Positions 25,476 to 42,107 of a stretch of 64,000 nucleotides of DNA are shown here, piece by piece. The notes beneath the pieces were generated by a model. The model saw only the letters and a list, made by a program, of their open reading frames with translations, was not told the origin of the DNA and did not search any database. A program made the position numbers and the translations under genes. The stretch is taken from assembly GCA_025603075.1 (NCBI GenBank), contig MU626324.1, forward strand, positions 1-64,000, read 5' to 3'. This DNA comes from Neoconidiobolus thromboides FSU 785. Taxonomy: Eukaryota > Fungi > Entomophthoromycota. How positions within the stretch are numbered: the first letter of the stretch is position 1; every line of letters starts with the position of its first letter.

Positions 25476-26560
25476 ATATTGATTTTTGTTTTTATTATAT
25501 TATTTTTAACAAAAAGTCAAGTTAAAATTGGAGACTTGAATTACTTTAAATTATTTCTTTTACTATTCTTACTTTTTCACTTTCAACTGGTTTAAGTTTT
25601 ACATATTTTTATAATCAGAATGGACTTTACGCATTATAAGTTTATAACTATCAATCCTTATTAACTCCTATTTGTCCTTATTTTTCAAAACACATAGCCT
25701 TTAAATAGGGAATAGAAGAGCAATTGAGCTAGATAAATTCAAGGATAAAATAAATAATCATATTTGGTAAATCAAACTTCTAGACATTTTATTAAGTAAA
25801 TAAGAATGACTCTTGAGAATTTTATTTATCTAAATATCATGAAATTTAAAAATTCTTATTTAGAATTCTAAATAAAAGAACGTTGCTATTTGCTAATTTT
25901 TATAAAGGTTTTAGGTTATAGCTCTGAGTATTCATTATTCTAGTATAAATGGAATAAACAAACCTATTAGATAATACTTTAAAAGATTATCTTTACTTAA
26001 TCTCAAATGAAATAAGAGCCTTTATCTTTTAAAATACTTTCTAGAATATTTAAGGATATAATAATAGCAAAAAAGATACAAAAGCAAGTTGTAATAATAC
26101 AACTTACAACCTGGAGTGAAGTAATTTAATTAATAAAATTAAAAGTTCTTCAAAACAACTGATATCAAAAGAATAGCTTATTTTTTAAAGCTAGATTTCT
26201 TACAAAAAAAATTAGATACAAATTATACTTGTTTTAAGCAAAGTATTAGTAAAAAAATCGATTTCTAAGTTTGACAATATTGTTTAGGTTGAGAGCATGC
26301 TCTGCTATTAACTATTCCCTATTTTAACCTAAAATACTACAATAAAGTTAAAAAGCGACGTCTGTAATGAGAATAATGTCTCCCCCTTTTGCAGGTAATT
26401 TTTCATTTATATAATTTTACTTTGTATTTAATAAGTAAAATATAAAGTTAAAATATTTTCATTATACTATTTTAACTTTTAAACTTTATTGAAAATAAAT
26501 AGGAATGTGTTTTCAATTTAACTAGTATTTTTTGAGTTTTAAATTATTTAGTGAACAAAT

Positions 26561-26659
26561 GGGGGTGTTTTTTTAACTTCATTATTTTTTCCATTTTTTA
26601 AGCGCTGTTTAAGCGGAAAAATTTGTTAGTAAAACTCTTAAACATTAAAATACATCCCC
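26561..26659 (+). mobile_element. MITE copy 6
   Basis: GGGGGTGT...ACATCCCC termini, flanked by AAAT/AAAT. Confidence 0.9.
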
Positions 26660-26733
26660 AAATACTGAAAAAAGTTATCATATATAATCCATAACAAATA
26701 ATTAATCAAAATCGTTTTAATAAAGCATAATAT

Positions 26734-28917
<2,184 letters not shown>

Positions 28918-29021
28918 TGCTATCTATTTTTAATTTTATTGTTACTTAAAATTACAAAAAATAAAGTAATTACGTCTTATTTGTTCATAATTAAAATTTT
29001 AGACTTTGCATAAAACTATAT

Positions 29022-29117
29022 GGGGGTGTATTTTTGTGTTTAAGAATTTTACCAACAAATTTTCCGCTTAAATGGCGCTTAAAAAATGGAAAAAATAAAG
29101 TCAAAAAAAACACTCTC
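29022..29117 (-). mobile_element. MITE copy 7
   Basis: Reverse orientation, flanked by ATAT/ATAT. Confidence 0.88.
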
Positions 29118-30546
29118 ATATGTAGTTTTGCTGGAACTTTATTGTGACTTGATTAACAGCTCTTCTATCTTGAAAACAAAATTTTGCTAAAATAAGGTTA
29201 AATCTAACGATTGAGTATTAAAAAACCAAACAAGTGGCTCTAAAAATCACCGCAAATTAAGTCGCAATAAAGATGCAGCAGCTGTAATATAAATCCTAAA
29301 AACAGACAAGTTTACACCTTAAATTTAATTATTCTTATAGATATTATTTTAGAGTGGGGTAAATGGATATGTATATACTTTAATGATTTGTAGACCTTAA
29401 AAATATACCGATAGTTTTATATTTTTGTAAAGAATAGGGGGAAAAGTTTAAAGTAATGTAAAATTATTAGAGCATGTACGTTTGAAATAGAAAATGCCTT
29501 ATTTTAAAATTTTATATAAATTCACAGAGGTACTTTCTATTTTAGGATTAAGAGTTAAATTTGTATCAGGCCTAATAGGAATAAAAAACAATAAGGGGGA
29601 ATTAAATCTATACCATTTTTTTATATATACTTGTAATATAGCTATTGAAACTCTTTTATGACTTTTTTAGTAGTAATTTTAATAGTCAAATTATTTGTAT
29701 ATTCACTTTTTTAAGGCCTAATTCTTACATTTCAACTAAATATAATATGGATTTTCCTCTTAAGTAAGCTTTAAAAGTCGCACAAGAGCTGTAACAGCTG
29801 TAACTTTTTAATTTGGATGACATTTTAGACTAATTTTTAAAAAAATCTGCCTTTTATAAGTATTTAAAACATGTTCAAATGGGCAAGATTCAATATGAAG
29901 CATTACTGTAATAATATAAGCTTAACTTTAATTTGTATAACTCCTTTTAATTAGCAAATTTATCACATTGTTTTATATAATATAAATTATGTTATTAAAC
30001 CTGGTTGTAGCTCTATCTTAATTGTTTAAAAAACAAATGAAAAAATGAAAATAAGAATGTAATAATAGCAAATACAAAATACTTGAAATTAAAATTAAAA
30101 ACCAAAAATCCAACATTAAACGATGAATGATGCTCTAGCTTAACTATAGGAAATACTTGAATATTCAAAGTAAAATAATAATATCAGAAAAACTATTATT
30201 TTTAATCCTTTATAAAAATTTGATAGTAAAAATAGAATTTTATAATGTTTTTCAAAAGTTAACTAACTAGTCACGAACAAGAATGGTTATAAAACACTAC
30301 TTAAACGACTTTCGTCTCCTCTTCATTATTTTTAACTTGAAACATCTTAACAAATAAAACACTTGGGAGCCATTAACTCTGAAGAATATAAAAAAGCTAA
30401 TTCAATAATTTATTTTTAGTCTTTTTAACTATAAACATTTTCAAAGTATCGTTTTACTAATAATACTATGATTAATGTGTCCAAATATAGAGGTTAGCTA
30501 TCCTATACTATTGGTTGAATGAGATTATAAATAAAGTTGGTTATAT

Positions 30547-30641
30547 GGGGATATCTCTTTCTCTTTAGGAGATTTACTAATATATTTTCCACCTAATAGT
30601 GCTTAAAAAAATGAAAAAAGTGATGAAATCAAAAAACACCC
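30547..30641 (-). mobile_element. MITE copy 8 (diverged)
   Basis: Reverse orientation, flanked by ATAT/ATAT. Confidence 0.78.
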
Positions 30642-31625
30642 ATATACTAGTTATTTATTTTAGTAAAGATTTAAAACATAAAATTTAGGTTAATTCAACT
30701 AAAGATTGAACTCTGAATATTTAATTTAAAATTGTTTATAGTAGAATAATAATTAGCTCTGATACTTTTCGTTTTTGTTTTTTTACTAAATCAAAACATA
30801 CATAAGCATATATTCAAACATATTTAAAAATCAGGCCAAAGTTTCATATTCTTATTTTTATTGTTTTAAAAAGGCATCATTTTAACAGACTTTCCCTTTT
30901 GAAACCTTTTGCTTGGGATGGCTTTTTGCTAAAAAAAAATTGGGTTAATTTTTTCTGTTTTATAAAGTCCAATTTTCAACAACTTAGGAGATCACCATTG
31001 TATACTTGTTTAAGCTGTGTGTTTAGTCTATAAAGTTCATTTATATTTATTTGCCCATTAATTTTTGTATTTACCCCTTTCCCTTTTTTTATTTTTACGT
31101 AACTTAATGCTTGACTTTTGGCTTACCAAGTATTTTTTAAAATAATAATCATTACATCATCTATATTTTATAATTTACCTTTGCTAAAACCACTCATTGA
31201 ATAAGGTGCTAATGGCATTAGTATATTATTTTAAATCAGTTTATGAGTAAGTAAAGAAACAACATATTCTATTTAATCTTTGGTATTTAACTTTGCATTC
31301 CCCAAAGTAGCAACTACTTTCAGATCCTCAACCTTTATAATAATATAATAAATCTCACAAGTTTGAAAAATAAATCAAAACAAAAATTTAAGACAAAATT
31401 TGTAAAAATTTATATATCAGCCTACCTTTAATAAAATAAAGTAAATAGAATTCATAAAATTTAGATCCTGTAAAACAATGTAATACATCAAAAAAAAAAC
31501 ACAGGACCAAAGATACTAAGATTTGATAAATAATATTAAATTTAAATAATGTAAAAGCTATCATACATATAATTTGTAATTAAATTGAAAACTACTATAA
31601 ATAGCTAGTATTACTTTTCAGTATT

Positions 31626-34179
31626 TCACCAATCCCCTTTTAAACTAGACTCAATCATTTTTTCTTGTACAGCAGTTGATTCTTTAGATTGCTGATTATT
31701 TAATTTTTGAGATAAAAGGGATGATTTTTGCATTCTGGCTTCTGGAAATGAGAAAGAAGTGGGATCTGAAGAACCTTGCTTAGAACGTGGGCTAACTGGA
31801 ATTGATAAACTATTATGAGTACTAGTTAAACCTTTAGATAAGCTAGATTTTGGTATTTTAAGTGGTTGACTTATATTTAGATCCTCAGCTTTAAACCCGG
31901 TTTGTAAGAGTGGTGAACTAACAATATTACCATTATAGCTAGATGATCCATCTTCTATTTTATACGCTGATATATAATTTTCCATTTCTTCTCTTAACTT
32001 ACTCAAATTTAAAGATATTACTTTAAACTCGTCCAATAATTCCTTTAATCAGTCAATAAAAGTAGAAATATATGATTTATAAGAGCTACCTTTGGGTTTT
32101 TTAAAACTACGTTTTCAGCTCGTTCAGTGAATGTATTTATGAGAGGTGGGTCAGATATAAAGTTTATAAATGCACTTAAATCACTCATATATTTGTTTGA
32201 ATCAAACTAAAATTGTTATAAATTGTCTACAATTTGTAAAATAAGACTTACAGATAGACTCGTAGTATTTGCTCCAGATGAAGCTGAGTTCCGTTCAAAA
32301 AATCCAGAGTTACGGATCGAAAGGTTACGTCGTGATAAAGAAGATGGTGATGGTACATAATCTTGGCTATTTGGATTCTCTGAAATTGATCCAAAGCGGT
32401 GACCAAAAGAAGAAGATAATTTAGATGGTGCCGGAGAGCTTGGCCTTACAGTAATAGGCGTTGCTTTGGCTGTGCTCAAATGTATACCTCTTTCTAATGA
32501 TGTTACAGATCGATTCCCAAATGAGCTATTTTTCGAAGGCGGTGATATGTTGTGGAGCGAAGGAGAGGAGGAAAGAGATGGTGACTTAAATGGAGAAAAG
32601 GAAGAAAGTGAAGGTGGGCGGCGGAGGGCTGAAGTTACATGTGAAGGAGGGGACGATCTCATACTTGCAAAAATCGGAATATTTTTACCAGAGGAACCTC
32701 TTGGCAAAGATTTTGAATCGTAATTTTTTGACAAAATATCTTTGTTAGAACTAAATTTTTGCTTAAGATTGTTAACTTGGATATCTGAATTCGATGAACG
32801 GTTTATATTGCTTGAATCGGCGCTTGTCGAAGACGAGACTGGGCTGTCACCTAAATCGTCTGGAGATTTGACGATTTGAGGCTGTAAAGAAGATTCAGGA
32901 TTGTATGTTAAAGGGCTTTTATTTAAAATATCACCATGTGAAGAAAATCTCCGGTGAGTAAAAGCCTAAAAGTAATTAGTATAATTTCTGCATTTTAAAA
33001 AAGCTATTTACTTTTTGAGGCGAAAATGAATCTTCTTTAATATTGCTTATTCTAGCATCAAGGTCTTGAAATTTAGCACTCAAAAGCTTTTCTCCATCCT
33101 CTTTATAAAAATTACAATTTATACGTGAGGTAACAGAAAGCTTTAAGCTCCTAATAAAAAGTTAGTTGGTATACTATAAAACTGAGGTATTACCCTAAGG
33201 GGGTTATTAGGGGTTCAAAACTATTTGTACCAATTTTCAAATTTGATCCTTCGGAGAAATGCTCTGAATCTAAAGGAATAAATAAATCTAACAAATAATT
33301 AAAATAACCAACCAAAGCCAATTTCATGAGCTGAAGATGTACTAGAAACTGTCATTCTGTAGCCCAACTTTATCCCACTACTCTTAACTTTTTTCAATCT
33401 TTGGAAAAGTTCAAAGCATGGGAGTAGTCGGGTATATAGATAAAGAGAACGGAAAAAAGCAATCCCATATTTATAAATAGTGGGAAGCTCCAATACGCAA
33501 TCCCTTGAGGTTTTACTTTAAAAGTTAATAAGCTGTAAATAAGCCGATAAAAATATTACTCTAATTCAATTTTCCACGACTCAAGCAAGATGGTTTTTTT
33601 TGAATTATTAGGAGATAACCCTTTAAAGTATAAAGCATTATCCCCCTTGCTTAAATCAATTTTATGCTTGTTTTTATCTCCATCAACAAGCACTATGATT
33701 TGATTTGGTGTCAGTTCAGATGTATCAATATATATTTCTAGAAAAAGCGGAGGTGCAGGATCTTCAGATATACTTGCATTCCTCCAGTACCTGGTTTCAT
33801 TGCGATATTCCTCAACTTCCTCAGTCTCTATATTAAACTATTCTCATTAGTCAAATTCTATAAAAGCTATTTTAACTAGCTTAAATTACCCAACGATTTT
33901 GCTTTCTAATATTCCTATGTATTCCTTGACTGTTTAAATTTTTATCTTTAGAAATCAAAGGTAAGTTGATCCTTGACTGGAGAATTATTTGAACTGCTTT
34001 TCCATAAAAACTCTATATTATTGAGATGATAAGTAAGAAGTATATTGCAAAAGTATTGAATTTAGTACCTGGACAATCTGGTCTGATCTACTACTTTTGC
34101 TTGTTGTTGTTGCTTGTGGTTGTGGAGAAGGAGGAGGGGAAACTGAAAAAGAGGAAGAGGATAAACGATGTGAATGCAT
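31626..34179 (-). CDS. ATG13: Autophagy protein Atg13 (HORMA domain plus Ser/Pro-rich region), multi-exon
   Basis: QIVQSFYGKAVQIILQSRI, NRWFNIET, PPLFLEIYID, ILLESWKIEL and IYKYGIAFFRSLYLYTRLLP, followed by a long S/P-rich tail. Confidence 0.87.
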
Positions 34180-35516
34180 TATTTTGTAACAATTAGAATT
34201 AAATAATTTTTTTTGGTTTTAATATATATATAGGTTAGTAAAACTTTAGTCCTAGGCTATAGTCTTGGTCATAAAAGAGTAAATATAACAATTGGTATTT
34301 GCGTTTATTATTAATGGTAACGCTCAAGACAACAAAGGCATCAAACAATATAAATTTACTTGATTTCTTTGATAGGGACTTATCAAAGAAAAAGCACTAT
34401 AGTTTAGAATGCTTATTCACCACCTTTTTGTTTAATTTTCAGCATAACTTTCCTGATTGGGTCATTTGTTTATCAAATCACTTCATTTAAGGATAAAATA
34501 TAATTAGTTATAGAATTTTTGCGTAGCATTTAGTAGCAAGTGACTGCGATTTTTGGGCCATTCGATTGTTTTTATTAGAATATTTGACTAGTGCTTAAGA
34601 ATACACTTAAAACTTGACTCAATTTCAATTCATCCGTTAAAAATATTAGTTTTAAGGGCATCTATTTGCAAAGATGAAGAATTGCTAAGCAAATTTAAAA
34701 TAACGGCATGTAATTATTATCCCATGATCTACAGCTGTTTTTAATCCTAACTCTAAATATAAAACACGTTATAGCGCGTTTTAACAAAGGAACAGCCATA
34801 TGGTCTTAACTTTATTATATATGCACTTATTTATCTAAATGCAATACAATTAAAGTGATTATATATTGTTTATGAGCTTTTGTTTATAGTTTAATTAAAG
34901 AAGTATATGGACATTTAGTTTTTAAAATGCTTGGAACATGGATTAAAAGATTTTGACGAATAAATTCTTATTTTAAAAATAATTCAAAACTATTCAAACA
35001 GTAGTCAGGACATAAAAGTTATAGTTGAAGTATTAATGTTATGTTCAACATATTAAATATGTTTATGAAATTGGCAATGTATTTCTATAACTGTATAACA
35101 TCAATTAACTTTATTTTATAAATATTGATTAAATTTTATATAACGGATATTTTAATAATCAAGGTTAAATTAAATTATGTAGCGTTAGTAATAAATGTGA
35201 TAAAATATACTATATTTATTAATATTAATATTGAAGGAGTTTAAGCTAAATGTCAAATAATTATAACGCATTTATAATAAACTGATTTGTATATCTTAAT
35301 TTATATTTTAAAATAGTTATCAAATTAAAAGTTTATTAAATTAGGTAAAACCAAAACTTGAATTCAACTAATAAATTTATCTTACAAATAAAAGAGGAGA
35401 TGAGGCCGAATGATAAGAATTACTTTTATCTATCATTAGCTAGGAATATTAAAAACCTCTAGTACTTTCTTTTGTATAATTCAATTATGTAAGGTTATTT
35501 TTACACTAATAAACAT

Positions 35517-37229
35517 TTAATTTTTTGTTATTGGTAACGTTGAATTAGAAAAATTAGATTGTTTTGATTTATGTGTATGAGATACTAAATTCGCTATCAT
35601 TTGATCATACATAACTTCACTTTCTTCTGATTCTCTAACTTTAGATCTCCAATATTCTATACTTAGTGAGACTTCCTCTAATGTTTGATCAATCAACTTT
35701 GAAAGTTGGTAAAGATCCGAGTGGGAATATTTGTTTAATGAATCTAAAATCCGATTTTAATTTTTTATATCTAATTTTAAAATAATTAACCTTGAGGTAT
35801 ATTACAAAGAGAAAGAGACAAAGTTGTATCGAGTCTGTTTGCTATTATTTCCATATCTTGCTTTTTATACCCATTAGCTGCCATTTTATCTATTGAAGGT
35901 ACCTGTTTGGGAAGTGCCTAATAATACACTTAATTTTTTATAAAAAAAGTAACAATTAATAAACTAACTTCATCAATATCAAAAGGAACGCCTAAAGCCA
36001 TCATACAATGCCTTCTCATATTTGATTGTTTCCATTTTAGCCTATTTTTATTATTAAGTCTAACATCCCCTATATCTTCTTCCAGTGTTAAACTTTGCCA
36101 TAGATCATAGCTAATAATTTCAATATAATAGCATAAAGGAATAAAAATAAAATACCATAACAATGAGCCAAATTCTTGCTTTACAATTTCTTCGGTAGAT
36201 ATTTGAAAAACCTTATCTAAAAACATCTTTTTAAATTAAACATTAAAAAATTATAAATTTGTGAGTTCAACCTTCTTCACCAAAATTAACAACATCCTAA
36301 AAATAAATTAAATTTAAGGTTATCAAATTATTGACAACTTACTATTGGAAGAGACAATCCTTCTGTTTTTATATCTGTGAAAAACTCTGAGTTTATTGAA
36401 TTATTCTGAATATGCGAAGTTTCACTCAAGTCTTCAAAGTTTGTGAAAGTTTCATTTTCATCTAAACTATTAATTATTTTTATAATATTATTATATAAAT
36501 ATAATTACCAAAACTGTTAAAATCTTCGAATTTGTCATTATTTAATATTTTGTTGTCTGAAAAATCTAATTTTTTATTTTTTATTTGATTTCCATATGTG
36601 TCATCTAGTATTTCCTTTTCTTCAAATGAGTTTGTCCGAATGCTCACTTGCTCGAATTTAGAATCATCTAATGAATTAAAATTATTATGATCGGTAGCAT
36701 TATTTTCCCTTTGGACTATTTGTTTTTTGTACATGTGATCTAGTACATCTTTTTCTTTTGCTGAATTTACCTGAACTGCTACTTCTTTCAGTTTGAGATC
36801 ATTTAACATATCAAGATCATTATGATTAAAAATTTTGCTTTGTATTTTTAATTCTTCTCCATTTGATTCTAATTGGCTTGTATTTGTTTCTAACAATTCA
36901 CATTCTTTAAAGCAATCGTCATTTTGAACCTCATTTGTACTTATTTCATCTACTTGAATTTCCTGTTCACAGTCCATTAGATCTAAACTCCTTTCAACTT
37001 TTGAAACTCCTTCTTTAAATTTATTTGTGCCATCTGTTTCTGGGATCAGATTACTTTTATCAATACTTTTCTGTGAATCTGACTCAATAATTTCCTGCTC
37101 AACCTGCCCTTCGTTTTCTTTTTCTATATCTATTATACCTGTCATTTCCTGATTCAAGTCTTCTTTCTTGTATAGTTTATTATTCTCTATACCCATAGAG
37201 TTGGTACCAAAGTCATCTAACTGATCCAT
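35517..37229 (-). CDS. DUF5102 / Laa2 (YBL010C)-like protein with acidic N-terminus
   Basis: The C-terminal exons give LWQSL...LKWKQSNMRRHCMMALGVPFDIDE and YDQMIANLVSHTHK, matching the remembered WxxSxxRRxxxxxLGVPxDLDE motif. Confidence 0.65.
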
Positions 37230-37761
37230 TATTAAGTTAGACTTTTATTATGGTTACTATAACTAAAAAGTTGAATTCATTTTACATTTCATTTTTTTGT
37301 GGCACAACTAAATTATTGATTTGCAAATTTCTGTGGAAAAGATTTTGTAAATATCAAATAGTAGATAACGATAAATTGTCGGGTATTGTATATGATAGTA
37401 TAAAATATGTTCCTGGTTAGAGCTTATGTATATTCAATGGTTTTATATTATACTTTGGTATAGTTCTAAGCTTTTGGGATAACTCTAGCTATGCTAAAAA
37501 GCATCGTTGATACTTTACACTTGAGGAAATTCTATTTTACTGTTATTTAAGTATATAAAGCAACATAGATACTGTTTATAATTTTATAATAGATTTGAAA
37601 AAATCTCAAAATCAATCTCATACTAGTTTTTTTACCTCTCTTCATATTCCTTTTTGTGTCTTAACATATTAAGTATATAATATCATGGAATTTAACGTAA
37701 ATTAAAAACGAATTATTTAAATAGGGACCTTAAACTATCAAATTTTTATCTTTTGAAAAAA

Positions 37762-40344
37762 ATGATTACCACAGAACAAGTCAACAAGAGTGTAAATGAA
37801 ATAGCTGATTTTTCAGGTAACATTAAATATTGAATTTCAAAACAACATACATAATGTTTTTAGCTGAAGAAACAAAAGAACAATACACAAATAAAGGAAG
37901 AACCTTAGTTAAACAGATCGATTCTTTGAGTTTAGAAGACCTGGATTTAAGTTCAAAACTATTTGAATTAATATCGATCTATGCAAGGACTGGTAAGCAT
38001 TAAAACCCATGATTGTTTTCCTTTTTAATAAATAATACAGAGGAAATCCGAAAATTAATCCATCAAGACAACCTTGAAATATTTCAAAATTTAGCCCAGT
38101 TTTATTTGGCAGTTCAAGAAAAGACGCTCGATAATTCAGAACAAAAAGAGTTAATTAATGTTAAAATTCAAATTTTAAGAGCTATTGGTAACTTAGCTAT
38201 TGATGATGGTAATTTGACTGTAGTGTATTTTAATACTGTTTAATTGTTTTTTTGAAGATGAGGCCAGACAAAGACTATTAGATACTGGAGTGGTTAGCAA
38301 CATAATTAAAGACTTAGATTCAAAACCAGACTTAAATGTTATGAAATTTATGACTGGTTGTTTGTTAAATATCAGTTTGGGATATGGTAGATTTTATTAT
38401 TATTTCCTTATTATTGTTTTAATCTATTTTTGTTAGCACCAATGCGACAATTTATGTTAAAAGAAAATTGTGTCTCAGCGTTAATGAATTCAGTTAACGT
38501 TTTAAATTTAAAAAATAATGAAATGGCAGTTTATTTTGGTCTTAGACAACTCAGTAACTTATTTGATGAAGGTATACAATTTTAAAGTCAAAAAAATACA
38601 TTTATTCGATTTTTATTAGACGAAGGAACAAAATTATTTGCTCAAAATTATAATAATTTAATTCATCTTGTTGATATTATTGATTTTTATATTAAAAATT
38701 CAGGGGTTTACGATGTATCGATTCTTGAACATACTTGTGAAATATTGGAATTGATGTTAACTGAAAACGGTATAAAGTTAATAGCTTTATTATTAATTGA
38801 CTAATAGTTTATAGAAAATTATCAAGTTAAATTCGTTGATAGCCAAAATTATTTAAAGATTATTAACTTTATTCGTAATGCAAATGACATTAAAGAAAGG
38901 TATTCAGATAATGAAAAAGAATTTACAAATATATGTACAGTTATTGAAAGAATTATTGTATTAATTTCGTCTCATGGTAAAATAATCTGTTTTTTTAATT
39001 TAATTAATTTGATTATTTATAAGACAAAAATATGGTATTGTTTGATGAAGAAGATTTCATTGGAGATATGCTTTCATGGTTAGCTCAAAACGAAGATTTA
39101 CAATTAAAAAGTTGTTCAGCACTTGTATTAGGAAATTTAATTCGATCATGTAGGTTCTTATTTCAATAAAACTTTAACACAGTTAATAGTTTTTTATAGC
39201 TGAAAACAGTATCAAAGCAGTTGAATTTTATAAATTGCATGAAAAAATTTATAAAATTTTAGAAATTGCTCAAGATTTATCCATTCAACATGCTATGGTA
39301 GGATTATTAAAGAATTTAAGTATACCAGGTAATTATTAAGATTATATTAAATTACATTTACTAATTGAAATTTAGCTGAAAATAAAGAAACAATTGGAAA
39401 ATTATTATTTATTAAATTAATAGCTCCATTTCTGGAGAAATTTACAGCTCCTCCGCTTCAATATAATACAATCGGGGTTCTAAAACATCTATCTAATAGA
39501 AATGGTATTATTATTTATATTAGGTTATATTGTATTAAAATAATTATAGAACATAATGCCCTTGCTATTTGTGATGAAAAAAATTCGATGAATGGAATAT
39601 TACCAATAGTAAGGTTAAAAAAAGCAATTGACAAAACAGATAATCCAGGAATACGTAGTGAGGGTACAAGAGCATTAATTAACGTTATTAAAGCAATATG
39701 TAACAAAAAAGATAATTATGGTAACTTAATTTAAGCTTTGTTTAATAATTAATTGAACTTCCAATAGAAAAATACAGTCAATTATTAAAAGAGAATTCAG
39801 CTACGGAAGCTGTTATTGATTTAGTTAAACAAACTCAATTTATTGTTTTACAAAATGAAGGTTTAATTGCATTAACTGTGTTAGTTTTATCAAATAATAG
39901 TGATAGTAAAATTATTCATTTATTTATCCAATTATTTTTTTAACATATATACAATAGTTCAAGCTATTATTAAAGCCTTAAGTGAAGAAGAAAAAGAAAC
40001 CAATAATGAAGAAGAAGCAGACACATTAACTGAAGCAGATGCTAATAAAAAAATACCCTTTTATAATGCCTTAAAAGATATTGTATTAGCAGAAAGTAAA
40101 CCGTATGAAAAAGAAATGCGATTTAATGCAGTGAGTTTTATTACTCAAATTTATCATCATGTGGTTGATAATAGTAAGTCGATACTAAAAAATTATTACA
40201 TATTGAATTTAAATATTAATTACTGTTTTCTTAGATGCACCTTCAGTTAGAGAAAAACTTATTAAACTTATTGATTTATTAAAAACAAAGTTGGATGAGT
40301 TTCCTGAGGAAGTTTTAAGTATGTTAAATAAATTAGCTATTTAA
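37762..40344 (+). CDS. ARM-repeat SmgGDS/RAP1GDS1 (Bem4-like) small-GTPase chaperone/GEF, intron-rich
   Basis: Many short exons: IQILRAIGNLAID, CSALVLGNLIRS, HAMVGLLKNLSIP, PPLQYNTIGVLKHL, VRSEGTRALINVIK, VLQNEGLIALTV. Confidence 0.75.
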
Positions 40345-40722
40345 TGAATTTTGTTTTAAGTAGTTTTTTTTTATTTTTTGTTGAGTTTTTTATTGATATG
40401 AATTAACAAACTAATTAATGAAATTAGAATTTATATAGTTCTTTCTTTTTTAAAATCTTATTTTAGTTTATTGATTATTATTCAAAGCTCTTATTGTTGA
40501 ATATAATATTTTTAAATAAATTAAAATTGCTCAAAAATAAACAACAATAATAGGATACTATTATCTAACTAATCAAATTATAATGATAACAATATAATAA
40601 TAAAAATTAAAACAAAAACAGTCTTATTATTTTAGTAAAAAAACTAACAAAACATAACTTTCTATTAACTATTTTAATAAATCATTACCCTCCCCTGCTT
40701 TCAACTATTGAATTTTCATGCC

Positions 40723-42107
40723 TTATTTTGTATACTTATTAATAATGTCTACAATTGCTAAATAAGCGCCAAGAATACAACCTACAAGAGCCACAATCAA
40801 TACTAACAACATCCAAAGATATTCCCAATAAGGTCGTCCTTTAAACCCAAATAATTTAACATGACAAATAATAGGAATAATAAACACAACAGCACAATTG
40901 GATAAAGCGCCCAAAAGTGACATAAAAAATGGGAAATCAGGTACATAAATAGCAATTAATGATAAGGAGATTAAAGCCACTAATCTTATTACACTACGAA
41001 TTAAAAATTCATTAATTTTACTATAATGTTCTCGATCAATATTGAATCGTTTTTCAACTTCCAATGAAAATGCACATAATGTTATTGGTATAACCAATAT
41101 AACATGTAAAGTTATAGTGGCAGTGGCTATAGTATTGGGCAATTCAGCTGGTAATGATTTCATTATAGGCGATTGTACATGAATACCATAAACATAGTAA
41201 CCAACAATACCAATTAAAGCATAAAATAAAAAAATTGTGGTCATTGAAAATCCTAGAACCTTAGTCCAATTTTTTGGTTTTTTCATACTAGCTTCAATAT
41301 GTGGATAAACTACATTACCACCAAAAGAAAATGCAATTGTAGCTAACGATACTGGTATTTCAGGCCAATTGACTACCTGTGTTTCATTTAAAGTTTGATT
41401 TTTTAAGTCTAATAAACCAGCTACAACAGATACTACAACTACAACAAAGGTAGCTAAAGCTCCAAAAGAAGATAGCCAAGCTACTTCTTTTAAGGTTTTT
41501 AATGAAATATAAGGAATAATAATTACTGCCCCACCAATAGCCGTCCAAACTTCCAATGGTAATTCGGTATAATTATACGTCACTGCTAATTGATAAACAT
41601 TGATACCCACTAACATAACATACAAACAAGAGACTCCTAAGAGTGTTGTATAATGAAATATTTGTACAATAAATTTACCCCATTTTCCAAACGATGCTTC
41701 CCCAATTTCTGGATATGAGTGTAATCTCTCACCTTCTTTACAATATAAACATTCCATCAATAATCGCCCTGTATAAAAGGACATACAAGCTGATAAAGCA
41801 AGGAATAAAACGGCTATCCAGCCCCCTTGTTTTAAGGCATAGGGGATGCCCAACGTACCAGTACCTGCAACGACGCAAACTACATTGAAATAAGCACCAA
41901 AACTCGAACCAGTACGCGAAAAGCCTTCTTCTCCTTTAATAGTTTGAGTTAAGCTGTTGTTGGAGTCACTATATATATTGGTGATGTCTAAGGAATTTGA
42001 GTTAGGGAAGAAATGTTAGGAAATTATCAAAAGTTTTTACCTTTTTTTACATTATTAGTAGAGAATGTATCTCTTAATTCATAATCATTGTCAACTGTTG
42101 TAGACAT
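40723..42107 (-). CDS. AAAP/AVT-family (Aa_trans) amino-acid transporter
   Basis: One 5' intron. GSSFGAYFNVVCVVAGTGTLGIPYALKQGGW, AFSFGGNVVYP and multiple TM segments. Confidence 0.9.

Noticed and set aside
34300-34490. 63-aa ORF and a GIKQYKFT* chromodomain-like fragment upstream of ATG13
   Set aside because: Too short and degenerate, and the downstream TWEP motif is absent.
35399-35410. GATGAGGCCGAA, matching part of the classic hammerhead ribozyme core
   Set aside because: The CTGA start, the second strand of stem II and the GAAA element are missing, so this is a chance 12-mer.
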